A stretch of DNA of 64,000 nt from Sphaerodactylus townsendi (lineage: Eukaryota). The DNA is taken from NCBI RefSeq assembly GCF_021028975.2, contig NC_059427.1, forward strand, positions 128,898,001-128,962,000, read 5' to 3'. The position numbers and the translations under genes were made by a program. The notes beneath the pieces were generated by a model. That model made no database searches and was not told the DNA's origin. It saw nothing but the letters and a program-made list of their open reading frames with translations. This document shows positions 12,561 to 24,483 of this stretch, piece by piece (positions within the stretch are counted from its first letter, which is position 1; every line of letters begins with the position of its first letter).

Positions 12561-12780
12561 GGCTAGCAGGTAAGAAACTAATCACTGGCAATGAAGGCAT
12601 AAATAACTTGGGATCTCTGGAGGGGTGGCAGAGATGGCGAGTGGTGGTAGTAGGGAGATGCCCCCTAGTTTGGAGCTGTCCAACCCAAACTACTAATTGA
12701 ATTTCATGGCAGGTTATCAGCTGGCAAACAGTCTGGTCAAAACTTCAATCCAGCCAGATACTGGCCCAGCCAGCTCTCAC

Positions 12781-12899
12781 CTGCTTTGGTAGTCCAAGGA
12801 CACACAGTAAATGCCCACTCCGGCACACAGGATATAAAGCTGCTGGTGGACAGGCAGGAGTTCCACATGCCAGACTTGATCAGGAAACCTGTAGACAGC
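12781..12899 (-). CDS. FAAP100: FAAP100 coding exon 2
   Basis: Acceptor ttcttcctag, donor AG|GTGAGA. Encodes AVYRFPDQVWHVELLPVHQQLYILCAGVGIYCVSLDYQS(R), resembling human RFPDQVWHLELL; 119 nt, phases 0/2. Not in the ORF track. Confidence 0.93.
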
Positions 12900-15651
12900 C
12901 TAGGAAGAAAACAAGCACAGTGAAGAGGACTGGGAAGGGAGAGAAGGCCCTCTTCAGTAGAACCTTGAGGGGTAGAATTAAATAGGGGAATTGTGAATTA
13001 CCTCTGAAACACTATCCCCTCATCTACACAACTATACTTCATGAAGGCCAAGTATATGAACACATACCCAGGGCTGGTTATTAACGGAGTGAACAGGGCC
13101 TGTCATCATTTTCCTTAAAGTGACCTCTCTGGGAAAGATGCCAATAGGATAGGATATGTTTGGCTTTCATACATATATGCTCCTGTCCTATACACAGGGA
13201 TCATCCATAGGACGGCTCTGCTCCTGTGCCTTCAACAGCAGCCTGACATGTAGAAATGGAACAGATGAAGCGTCACCTGCTTCACAGATAATGGAACAGG
13301 ATAAAACTTCACCTGCCCTATTTCTGTAAGTCAGGCTATTGTTAAAAGGCACAAGAACAGGGCCAGGACAAAGCTGGCAATGCCAATTACCAAGATAATA
13401 TGCAATTTGGTTTAACATAAAAATAAAGGATATAATATCTTGGGAATAGCTCCCCCTGAATACTACAGTCACATGGAGTAGAAAGAAATGAGTTCCAAAT
13501 GAGCATCTGTTACCCCCACCCCCCCACCCCCGTCTTCTCTCCTGCCCACATTAGGTCTGGCCAGACAAAGCATCCCTCAGTCAGCTACTATATTCAGTGG
13601 TGTGCAGTCAAAATCTACAATGTCTGTACATATTCTGATTTAAATGTTTGCCATGGTCATAAAACCTATTGATCTAGTTTTTTTCCTCTTCATTATCTGA
13701 GGATGTACAACTTCTGTTATAGGGTATTTCAGTAAAGGTCTGTTAGAAAAGCATGTCTCACAATAAGTAGAGATTTTTAGATATGAGACAAAATTCATTT
13801 TAAAAGCTCTTAACCAGTGCCTCTGCTGTCATTCTGTGCTGATGAACAAATGACATATTTTACTCAAGATGGGGTTTCATTTCATCACTGAGGGAACAAG
13901 CAATAGCCCACATGGCTGTCTGCAGCAATTCAAAGTGTTAACCCATTTGTGACCTACTTCTCTGGATGAGGTAAAAGTGTAGGAGGTTGAGCCAGATATT
14001 ACCATAATGGGTTCCTTAGAAACAATCAAGGGAATAAATTAAAGATACATTTATAACACAGTGCTAAGGTTTGTCATGAGCCTAGCAAACAATGCAGGAA
14101 AAATGGCAGTCATACAAAAGCCACCAACATTTAGCTTCAGTCAGGAAAAAGAATTTCAATTCTTCTTCAGGGAACAGGGAACAGAAAAACACACATTTTA
14201 AAAGATTTGTCAAAAGTGTCAGAAGTGAGATGTCAAAAAAACTCACAAATAAGATGTTAAAAATTAGATGCCGCATCTAAGTGGATTAGAAAGCACAGGT
14301 AAGATAACTACTCTGCTATAAAAGGGTGCATTGAGAAGTCATTAGAGCACCTGCTTAAAGATTTACAGTGTAATTGCATGCAGATTTATTCCAACCAAAG
14401 CTCAATAAGATCAATAGGTTTAGACTGGAGTAATTCTCCATCACACTGTTAGATGGCTAATCTCAGGTCTCACACATTTGTCAGCATTCCCTGCTGGCTT
14501 TTCATGAAACAAGCTATACCAAAATCACAGGTTGTGTGCTGGGTTGAAGTTGCCAACATAGAGCACACAAGCATTCCTGCAGAACTGAGCCCAGCATTAT
14601 CACCCCAGAAAATAGAGGGAGGGGGCCACCTATGATACTCCAATGCCACAGCCATGGTACATACAAGTGGGCTTATGGGAAGGAAGATGAAAAGGCAACA
14701 CAAATCACACAGAACCCATCACTCTATAACCACTTATGCAAGCCCTGATACAGGATCTCTGTGCCACTGGAAAGCTTGCAATGTTACCCCCCTCCCCCGC
14801 CAACAACCCATTAATCATAGAATTAATGAGCTGATCCACATTCCAATGTGCCGCACTTAGTGATATGCTAAAGTCCTATTTTATCAGCAGTAGAGTGCTT
14901 TGTGTGCCGGCTCCCTTTCCCTTTACACAATATAAGGTGTCTGCAGGCATGGGGCTTTTTCTAATGATCCTCTATGCAATGTGTATCTTCCCCCCTTCCC
15001 CCCTTAGTACATGGGGGATGGGAGGTCAGAGTTCCATTTGTTCCATGACAATTTATACACGTATGCAGATTTTTCAATTTCAAAATACTGTACTGAAAAC
15101 AAAGCCTTTTAGGACTGCTGCTAGTGACAGGTGTACAGAAATACAGTACACGGTCTCCTGTACATGCACAAAAGCAGCTAGGAGCCGTTAACAGCCCCTC
15201 ACTCTGGAAGGACACAGCTATAAAATCTGCCATAGCGACAGCTGGGAATCTGAGTTACTAGGAGAGACTAAGCACATGCTGAAGCGCAGTTACCCCCTAA
15301 CCACTCTAGGATGCATAATACTGTACTCACAATTGGGATGCTTGTAAGGTGGATTTTTCATCATAGCTGGTGATGAGAAACTAGGTTTAGCAAGTAAAAG
15401 CACAAAAGCACAAATGAACTGACACAGTGCACAAATATGGATTCATATGTATGTGCTGTTAAAGGGGAAATCAGACTACTAAGGGTCTTGGACCATCTGC
15501 CCAGCCTTTCTCCTTGGATGCCACTGTGAAGATCCCAGAAGCAGCTCACAGCATCTGACCTACTTTCCAGGGCCTCCACAATTCCCCTGCGAACGACAAG
15601 ACGTCAGCTGGACCAACCTAGACCCGGCTGGGGCAGCCATGTACCACTTAC

Positions 15652-15816
15652 CTTCATTAGCCGCCCTTCTTGATCATAGATGTAGACATACTCCGTGCCA
15701 TTGGAGAGGTAGATCTGGTTCTCGTGGCACAGCACCCTCGGCTTCCCAGCTGCCAGCCCCCCCACCGGGCAGCAGAATCCTGCCAGGTAATCCACCCTGT
15801 GCCCCACTTGTGCCAT
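15652..15816 (-). CDS. FAAP100: FAAP100 (Fanconi anemia core complex-associated protein 100), first coding exon
   Basis: ATG at 15816 gives MAQVGHRVDYLAGFCCPVGGLAAGKPRVLCHENQIYLSNGTEYVYIYDQEGRLMK, matching the FAAP100 N-terminus (YLAGFCCP.GGLAAGKPRVLCH). Acceptor ttcctttccag before 15832; donor AAG|GTAAGT; 165 nt, phase 0. Confidence 0.95.
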
Positions 15817-15849
15817 GATCCCTGGTGCCAATCTGGAAAGGAAACCAAA

Positions 15850-16620
15850 CAGAGATGCAGACATGGGCTGTGTGTGGGAGGGGGGGAGGTGGTGCGGGTC
15901 CGCCCTGGGGCGACTGTCTCCCCACTAGCGTGAGAAAAGAGCGAAAGGGTTGCAAAAAGAACGCAGGGACCCTCCCCCCTCCCTCCATAAACGCCCCTCC
16001 CCTCACACAGAGCAGCCTTCTCAGCGCCCCCACCTGTGCGATTCTACCCCACACCGACGTGGGCTGCCCGTTCCCAGGAAGGACGGCACTAAAAAGGGCA
16101 ACAAAGAGGAGGGAGGGAAAGGCACCGCCCCCCCATGTGCCCCCGCCCCAGAAAAGGAAGGCGACTCCCCTCGGGGCAGGAAGAGAAAGTCCGTAAGGCG
16201 GCAGCATGGGGAACTCAGCTGCCAACTCCCTCCTCACCACAAAGGGGCGGGACTACAGTTCTGACCACGCCTTTTCTGCCTCGCGGCGTCGCTAATTAAC
16301 GGAGCGGGCGGCGCTTCCTCCCCGCTTTACGGCTCCCTCGCTCTCGCAGATGAGGTCTACGCGCGGCAGAAGAAGCGGGCTGGGCGGACGTGGGTTTACG
16401 ACACGTCGTAAAACGGAGTGGAGAAGGCGGGGAGGAGTGTGCAGCGGTTTCTGACATATTGCTGCGGGGGGAGGATAGAGGTCTTTGCACGCTAGAAGGA
16501 CTTCGGGATGGGGGTGGGGGGAAGGACCCCGTTATGAGGTCCAGGGAAGAACTCGGGGTGCTTCCGCCGGCCACTATAGATTACTCCAGACCTGTAAAAG
16601 GCAGCTTGGTTGGGCGACTG
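15850..16620. promoter_or_regulatory. CpG island promoter of FAAP100 with a probable non-coding exon 1 ending at about 16238
   Basis: High GC and CpG density. GC box and ZNF143-like GGGCGGGACTACAGTT at about 16245-16260. Minus-strand donor TG|GTGAGG at 16238/16237 lies upstream of the acceptor at 15832. Confidence 0.75.
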
Positions 16621-17044
16621 TGCTGTTGCAGTGGATGGGAAATGTGCACGTTCAGGGTGGAGAATGAGAGGATGGCCCGAATGCTTTGGAGGGTTATGTA
16701 ACTATAGAGTCATTTCTCTTGGAACCTGGACCCAAGGGGATAGGGCGGGATATACATTTAAGTAAATAAAGGCGGCTGGAAGAGTATTACGAGCACAGGA
16801 AGCTGTGAAGATATGGAACTTCCATAGCTACAGGCAATTTATCGTTTGGTGGAGACAAGCCGCAATGTTGCCCGTGTAATCTGCCTCTCGTCTCGAGACA
16901 TCTGGTTGGTCTTTCTTGGAAAGAAGGTGCTGGACTCGACAGACGTTTTAGTTAAATCTTTAGGCTTTTATACACCCTGACATCCATTTAGTGGTTATAG
17001 GAAAGCATCCTCTGTTTTAATTATATTGTAAGCACGGTGCAGCC

Positions 17045-17250
17045 TTCACTTGGATGGCCCATTCTCTCATGTCACCAGATCTAAGGAGCTGAGCAAGGTG
17101 GAACTGCGGTTAGTATTTGGATGGCGGACTACCGAGCAAGTCCAGAGTCACTATAAAGAGGCAGGCCATGGCAAACCACCTCTGAACATCTCTTGCCTTG
17201 AAAATCTTCACGGTTGCCACAAGTCAGCTATGACTTGACAACATTTTCCA
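17045..17250 (+). mobile_element. 5S rRNA-derived SINE with a Sauria/RTE-type tail
   Basis: 5S-like head (cagatctaaggagctgagcaaggt...ttagtatttggatgg) plus ggcaaaccacctctgaacatctcttgccttgaaaa; relatives at about 28120-28285 (+) and 41575-41735 (-). Confidence 0.6.
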
Positions 17251-17989
17251 CCACTAACACCACACAGAGTACAAGCAGCGACGGGCTATGACATGCAGAC
17301 AGGTGGCTTATAAAAGGCAGGCCTTCTTTGTTGTGTAAAAAAAGCAAGAACCAGCAGATGGCATCATTGCCAACAGTAGGTCAGAGCTACCCTGCGAGCT
17401 GAAAGATAAAAGGATAAAAAGGGAGAGGGTGAGACGGAAAAACCCCCAAGCCACGTATTATCTGTATCTGGTCTAATCAGAGGACGAGAAAGAAAGCAGC
17501 AGGTGGGGGAGCTGGTTGGTTTCTCCACTCAGATCATCGCCTGTCATTGCAGTCTCCAGTCGCTAGCTTCCCCCACCCACCTATAGTTCTCACTATTCCC
17601 TTCACAGCAGCTCTTTTTCATCTCAGTAACAGTGTTTGACCAAAAGGAATAATTCAAAATATTCATATTCTCCAACTGTACAGTTAAAATATTGTTCAGA
17701 TCTTAATGTACACAGTTCTTGAATTTGTAAATTGGTATTTTTAAGGGGAGGGTTGGTCTGATGAGCGAAAATAATGTCTGAAAGAAAAAGCCAAAACTCA
17801 TCAGCATGCATATTTAGAATTAAGTCCTATGAAAAACACAGCTATTTAGTTCCGGGTAAACCTGCATAATTAATTCATGAGGAGGCTTTTTCCCCCCTTC
17901 AAATGACAGCTAATTTCAAATATTTAAATCAAATTTTAATTGCTATTAAGTATGAGAAGGGGCTGTTAAAAATAGCTTGGTTTAAAAAT

Positions 17990-18733
17990 GAAATCTGAAT
18001 GTAATGCAAACATACACCTTGAAACTGAACTTATGAAAGTCTGTTTTCCTTTGTAAACTACAGGGAAGATAACTGGTAGTCATAATGTAGTACAATAGAA
18101 ATGCAGGAAATTATGAAAAAATAACAGTGAAGAAAAAACCTGAAGTTTTTATACTGAGATTAAATGGAGACAATATCCCAAATCAATATAGACTGCTTTT
18201 CATGTATATTTGTACTTCTGCAAGGACAATGTATACCCCAAAATGGAGAAAGGAAAAAATACGAGCCAAGGAAGATTGGATACAGAAGGTCACAGAGTAC
18301 TAAAAAATAGCAAAGGTAACAATTTTAATGAAAGACAGTAACATAGAGAAATTTGTAGAAAACTGGAAACCGTTTACAGACTTCCTTTGGAGAAAATATG
18401 ATAGAAGAGAAATAATCTCAGGATTTGAGACTTAGAACAGCAGACTGAAATAGAGTGCTATAGATCTATAGAGTGCTATAGAGCTATTAGAGTGCTATAG
18501 AGCGTAACTGATGTTTTAATTAGATGCATGAACCTAGAATGGATTAAAATTCAATACTGAGGCAGTGGGAAGTTGTTATTTGGATATTTTCTTGCTTTCC
18601 GTTCTTTTGTTTTTCTTTTTTCAGTGTTTTATTATTATGCTTTGTACTGCTGTGGTGAGATGTGAAAGTATTTGTTTGTTGTTATTTTTTGTGTGTTCAT
18701 GTCTAGAAAATAAATGTATCTATACAAAAAAAA
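17990..18733 (+). mobile_element. L1 LINE 3' fragment
   Basis: Degenerate ORF2 C-terminus (LFMYICTSAR...WIQKV...EKFVENWKPF), T-rich 3' UTR, AATAAA and A tail. Confidence 0.7.
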
Positions 18734-21700
18734 AGAGATAAGTGAACTCTGACCTGGAGAACTTGGTTCAATTCACCACTCCTCTACATGAAGCCTACTG
18801 GGTGACCTTGGGCTAGCTCTCTCAGAACTCTCACCCCATCCAAAAGGAAGCAATGGCAAATCACCTCTGAACATCTCTTGCCTTGAAAATCCTATGGGGT
18901 CTTCATAAGTCAGCTGTGACGACACACACACAGATATTAAGGTCCTTGTGTTTATTTTGGTTGTTTGCAGTTATTCTTCCAGGAGAGGCAAATGCAAGAG
19001 TGGAACCAATTCACACTGCAAGGCTGGCCCACAGCTGCAGTGACCAATACACATATAGTTGCAGTTCTGTGTGCTGACCACTTGTCCAATTCTGGCCTGG
19101 GTCCATCACCACTGCAAGCTGCTTGACAATAGTTTGATCAGCACAGTGATGCCGTTCATGGGGGAGCTGTATCTGTGACTTCGTGGTCTATCAGTGTAGC
19201 TTTCAAAGGCACAGAAACCTTGCTGGAACTAGAGTTTGGCAATCCCCTTCATCTAACTTGCCTTCAGAACTCCATACCTGGTCATGTTCAGTACATAAAT
19301 TGTTGCATATCTCTTACAGTTCTAATTGGGTGAGGTAGGTAGAGATCTATGCTCACCACCTGAGTAACCTCAGTGTCTTCAGCGCAGGACTCACATTGGG
19401 AGGAGCTGAGCAAACAGCCATGCTCCAGCAAGGGAAAGGAGAGAAAGTTCCTCAAGTTCACAAAAGCGTTGATCATTTTATAAAGTTTTGGATCCACTGG
19501 CCAGTTAGAACACACTTGAATCAATGCTTGCTTTAGTGCATTACATTGGTGAAAACACGTTGTGGTTCCTGTAGTAAAGATCAGCAGCAAAACTGCCAAG
19601 GTGACTGCTGCTAGCTTAGAACAGCATGTTGACCTGTTTTTATTTTTTGTACCACTTAAAAGATAGCAAAAGACCTTTTTCACCTGGTTATGACTAAGGG
19701 GACACCAGCACCGAGTGCTGTCATCCTATATTGCCAAAAAATTCTTGTGACTGCAGTTAAAGGCAATTTGCTCATATGTATTTTGTATGCAGCAGCTGAG
19801 TTTGAGTAGTCATCAAAACTAGCTCTCCACAAAGAAAGGCCTTCTTGAGAGTTGTCAAAAGCCGAAACATGCGGAATGTGATACTTGATTCACCAAATCC
19901 TGCTGTACTGTGAAAAAAATGAACTTGTGTTGCAGGCAGGAAACTGGCCATTAAAAAACTAGAAGTGATGAATAACTAGTTGGGGTTGGAGGACATTCAT
20001 TTCTCCCCTTGAAGACCCCTTTGAAGTCCTAAGTACACTTTGTACCCTAATAAACTCATGCTGATGTTAGGAAGAGCTAAAATTCTTACAGATTAGTCCT
20101 GGGACTTCAGGGTTTCAAGTTCCTCTGAAGGTGCTTCAGAAGTTGAACATGCACACATCAGTGTCTTGCAGAATCATCACAAGGTAACATGTTCTAAAAG
20201 TACTGATCAGACTAATTTTTTGTGGTTACTTCCTCCACCCACTGCTACTCCAGATTGACACCTCAGCTTTGGGCAATAGCCTGGTTAGACTGCAATCCAT
20301 GGTAACTGGTCTTAAACAGCACAGCTATTCACTCTAACTGCAGCCAGCTCAGGGTTTTGCAGTCCTTTCCAGGGCTTGAGGGCGCTCGCCAGGTTTACAG
20401 AGAGTACCTCACACACATCAATAACTTTTGTACTTGGAAACAACTTAAAGTCTTCCAGGCTGAAGGAAAAACTCCTGCTTTCCCTTCATCAAAATGCTCG
20501 TGTTTTGCTCTTATGAGAGGGGCCAGTCGCCAAGATTTACATGCAGCTGTACAGATTTTCAGGAAAGAGGAGTGGCCATTAACTCCCAGAGGATGGGAAG
20601 TATTATATAAACTCAGTTACTCATAATTTGGCTGGAGCTCATCTGTGATACTTGGCTTAGTGGCCCTTTGGCTCAACTTAGCCCTTTTCCCTGAAATGGC
20701 CTCAGCTCGTATAGCAAGCATGGAAAGAGTGAAGGTCTCTTAATATTGGGTGGAGGTGGATTTTTAAAAAATGTATTTTGAATGCAGGGCAAATTCATCC
20801 CCACATTGCAGGCAAGAAAGCCAAAAGTACCACTCAGCGTGTGGGACCTCATACAGGAAGACTTGGGTTTTCATTCAAGGTAGAATTTAGATTCTTTAGG
20901 GCTGAAATGTAGCTGTTTGTATTTGTCGTTCTAAGAAGCTTGTACCCAAACAAAGCAGAATCTTGGTTGCTTAAGCATCACAGAAAGCTTGAGAAGACTG
21001 AGGAAATCAATTCTGATTCTACTTTCACTGTTAGCTGCTTTGATTCTGCAGTCTCTCTGTAGTCAATTCTGTTGCCACTCAGCTACTGGCCTAGTCTGCC
21101 CTGCTGGCTTGGTAGACTGCAAAAAGGGCAGTGGTGATTCTCCTCTCTTGGATGGGCTTGCTTCAGTTGCATTACCTTTTACCTCCTTTACGGCTGGAAT
21201 GTTTTAATAATTTTAACATTGCTCTCCACCATGACATCGAAGAGATGTATTAGCACAGAATCAACATGTTGAGAATCTACATATTTCTGCTTTCTGCAGT
21301 GGAGACATGTGGATTGTCAAAAACAAACAGATTTCGATGCAGCTTAGATGTTTTTTTCCCATCAGTGCTTAAGTGCAATATCTACATTACCCAGATAGTG
21401 TAGCCAGTATAATTTGTGCAAGTGTGACAGAAATATTTCCTTCTTGGAATGTTCAGAGAAACTGGAATTTGGCAAAGAACAAGATTGTAATCCACCTGAT
21501 TACTAAGAGATGCAGAGTACTGGCTGGACCTTACAATTTGTCAGGCATGGCACCTGCCTTCCCTGGCATCAAACCACTCAGGCCTCAAAGTCACACCTGG
21601 TCAGGGGAACATCTTTTTATATACCTATCTATCATATTTTAATGCACCCTTTGTTCTAAATCTCTGTGCTTGGTAACATAGCTAAGTAGGCAACCTCGCC

Positions 21701-22199
21701 TGGGACCTCTGGAAGTGGGGAGGAAGGCGCGGAGGCTCCACTCAGAAGACTATTGCTTGACCTTGAGACACTCAGTACTCCATAACAAAGCTATTCACAC
21801 CTTGTTGTCCTATTAAACAGTGGGAAGATTGGGGGGGGGGGGGGGCTGAGGGGGAAAATAAGGGAATAAATGTGTTTGCAGGAGCCAAGATCCCCAGATC
21901 TGGCTTCCTGCAGTTTGAGCCCTTGTTGCCAACCTAATAAAGGCTTCTGATTTCATATCCAGAGTCAATTTATTGATCGTTGTGCCAAGACTGTACACAA
22001 TTGCACCTCTGGCAGCAAATTTCTCCAGACATCTCAAGCTAAAGAGGAGTATTTTAAGGAACAGGCCCTCTTAAGACTAACTTCTTAAGACTAACTAACC
22101 TCTTAATGCCTCCTTCTCAATGGAACTATGCTGCCAAATTCCACAATCCTCAAAACCTATCTGACTTCATCCTGAAAGCAGCTTTGCAACTTTGTGAGA

Positions 22200-22205
22200 T
22201 TTATT
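22200..22205 (-). terminator. Candidate poly(A) signal of the secreted-protein gene
   Basis: AATAAA on the minus strand about 150 nt after the stop; a second AATAAA at 21974-21969. Confidence 0.5.
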
Positions 22206-22351
22206 TTCATGGTAAACAATGATTAGGGCAAAGGGATAGATAGCTCCTATCTAGGTCTTTGGCAGAGTCGTCTTCTAGAGGGAAAAACTGCTTGGTTGAA
22301 CTTCTAGAAGTTCTGCAGTGCACTTGAACCAACTGAGAGTACTCCTATTGC

Positions 22352-22610
22352 TTAGTTGCCATCTGTCAGAGGCTCTCTGAGCTTCTTCCCATCCCGGATC
22401 AGGATTCTCCGTCGTTTGGCTGGCAAGGGCACAGTCTCTGGTTGGATGACTCTGATGGGAGTCTTTGCGGGAGTCTTCCCCTGTCCTTTATTAATCTCAT
22501 CCACAAAAGACTCCACTCCTTCAAAACGTGTAGTCAGTTCTCCAAGACGTTCTTTGAGGGCATTGAATTCTTTGTACAGGTCATCAAGGGCATCAGAAAG
22601 GGGTTTGATC
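22352..22610 (-). CDS. Uncharacterised secreted coiled-coil protein, coding exon 3 (coiled coil, basic tail, stop)
   Basis: Acceptor ctctctcttactctttag, phase 2. Encodes IKPLSDALDDLYKEFNALKERLGELTTRFEGVESFVDEINKG...KRRRILIRDGKKLREPLTDGN*, the 3' part of ORF 22352..22762. Total CDS 489 nt. Confidence 0.87.
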
Positions 22611-22878
22611 CTAAAGAGTAAGAGAGAGAGAATGATGAGTTGGAGGTATACAAAAGACTCTATAGCAGGCTTGCACCTCAGATAATGCCTAGAAGCAAAG
22701 AATATAACCTTTATTACAACCACTACTATATCAGGGAGAAGCCTCACAGCTGAAGCCAACATCTTCCCAGTTATCAGTAGATGTCCTGTTGGGACCCCAG
22801 TACTTGCAGAAAGGCTACTAAAAATTAGATTCTTGATTGTTCACTGAAAATGGAGCTTTAGGCACAGTGCACATACAC

Positions 22879-23077
22879 CAGCAGTTCTCAACCTATGGGT
22901 CGCGACCCCTTTGGGGGGTCGAACAACCCTTTCACAGGGGTCGCCTAGGACCATTAGAAAACACATATTTCCGATGGTCTTAGGAACCGAGACACAAATA
23001 ATTTTATGGTTGGGAGTCACCACAACATGAGGAACTGTATTAAAGGGTCGTGGCATTAGGAAGGTTGAGAACCACTG
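22879..23077. mobile_element. Non-autonomous SPIN (Space Invader, hAT) element
   Basis: cagcagttctcaacct...gggtcgcgacccctttggggg...caccacaacatgaggaactgtattaaagggtcg...aggttgagaaccactg matches the SPIN_NA/URR1 consensus as recalled; lies in the last intron of the secreted-protein gene. Confidence 0.85.
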
Positions 23078-23099
23078 ACACACTGATCAAGACATAATT

Positions 23100-23205
23100 T
23101 ACCTGCCTCTGATGAAGTGGAATTTAAAACCACAAAAGTTGTTATCTTGAAGGTGCCATAAGATTCCTTTCTGTTTTTACTGCAACAGACTAACACAGCT
23201 ACCTT
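23100..23205 (+). mobile_element. Penelope-like element terminal fragment
   Basis: ctgatgaagtgg...ccac(a)aaag...aaggtgcca...ctgcaacagactaacacagctacc. Confidence 0.6.
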
Positions 23206-23240
23206 CAATCACACCAGAAGTCCGCTAACCCCTAACTCAC

Positions 23241-23370
23241 CTTCCATAGTCAGGTAACACAGTCTGGTGATCATAGAGAAGGAGATTCTTGATTTGAGTC
23301 GTGATAGCAAACTTCCAGTTGTCCAGGACAACAGTAAGATTGGCACATCCTTTCATGTTGACTTTGTTAG
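23241..23370 (-). CDS. Uncharacterised secreted coiled-coil protein, coding exon 2
   Basis: Acceptor attttatctag, donor AG|GTGAGT; 130 nt, phases 1/2. Open frame (A)[42 protein letters not shown](R). Confidence 0.87.
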
Positions 23371-24483
23371 CTAGATAAAATAGGATATAAAATCAAGTCG
23401 TAACATCAAAGAATACAGCCCCTTCCCTACAGACTCATTTCTGGACTTGGGTATTTTCCCACCATTTATATTAGACAATAATTGTAATTATAATAATTTG
23501 TCAAGCAAAGGGCACATTTATGAAATCCACCGTAAAACATATGAAATCAAAATAAACTAGGCCTATAAAGTATATGCTAAAGATTTGTGGCCCGTCTTAG
23601 AAGGATTTAAGATGGGCAAAAAGTTTACAAGAACAAAATTATGATGTAATGCCAAACACATACATACTGGGAAAATCTAATAATGGAACCATATTTTTAA
23701 AGGCAAAACTGGGTGTTGCAAAAGTATGGGCAATGGAGAGTTCAGATCTCCTATATTTTGAGCATTTCTTTCTAGGTTATCTCCTCAAAACAGGATGCAC
23801 CTGGCCTCCTAAAAATATATTGTGGAAACCTGGTTACACGTCATGAGGATGAATATTTTGAGTTGAAATCTATTAAAAAGATTATTAAAAGTTATAAAAA
23901 AGTTTATCTGGCCTTGGACGGAGCTCATCACTTAAACAGCTTCTCATTTCAAGCCCTGAGGATGAATAAATTTGGTGGTAGATAACTTCTTGTTCTACAG
24001 TTATAAGGAAGTGTGAACTTATTATTTTAGAAGTGTGCCGATGGGGTGCCAGATGTCACCAGTTCTTGTGAAAAGTAGCCACTGACTTAATGTGAAAGCT
24101 AAACTTACCCTTTTGACTACCAGATGATGCAGAATAAGTATGGGACTCAATACACATGCAGCTGTCAGTATTGTCTCCTATGTCTAGTAGTGGCTTGCTA
24201 GGGCTCTCAGGTTGAAGTTTTTCAAATCGCCTACTACCTAAATCTTTTAACTGGAAACTCCAGGGGTTGAATTTGTGACCTTCTGCATGCAAAACACTGC
24301 TCTAGCAGTGAACTCCGTGAATCTCGGACACTTAGCTAAGGTATCGAGATCTGAACAAAATGATCTAACTTGCCCAGCAGCCACCAAGCATTCTGTTTTA
24401 TCTCTCCCGCCAACCCAATAAAAAAACGTCCTGAGTTGCCTAAATTGCTTCCTAGGGGGACGTACAAACAAGTGGCACATTAC

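Noticed and set aside
15674-16701. Several ORFs of up to 188 aa over the FAAP100 promoter
   Set aside because: Stop-poor GC-rich CpG-island sequence giving low-complexity translations.
17045-17150. 5S rRNA-like and tRNA-like sequences here and elsewhere
   Set aside because: Degenerate SINE heads joined to SINE bodies, not RNA genes.
19260-19950. Possible Penelope GIY-YIG remnant (HYIGEN) and a gccgaaac hammerhead-like box
   Set aside because: Too degenerate to call without an alignment, and there is no intact CUGANGA box.
22611-22762. Hydrophobic N-terminus of ORF 22352..22762 (MLASAVRLLPDIVVVV...)
   Set aside because: It is intron read-through: a polypyrimidine tract and AG precede 22610, and the upstream exons supply an in-phase N-terminus.
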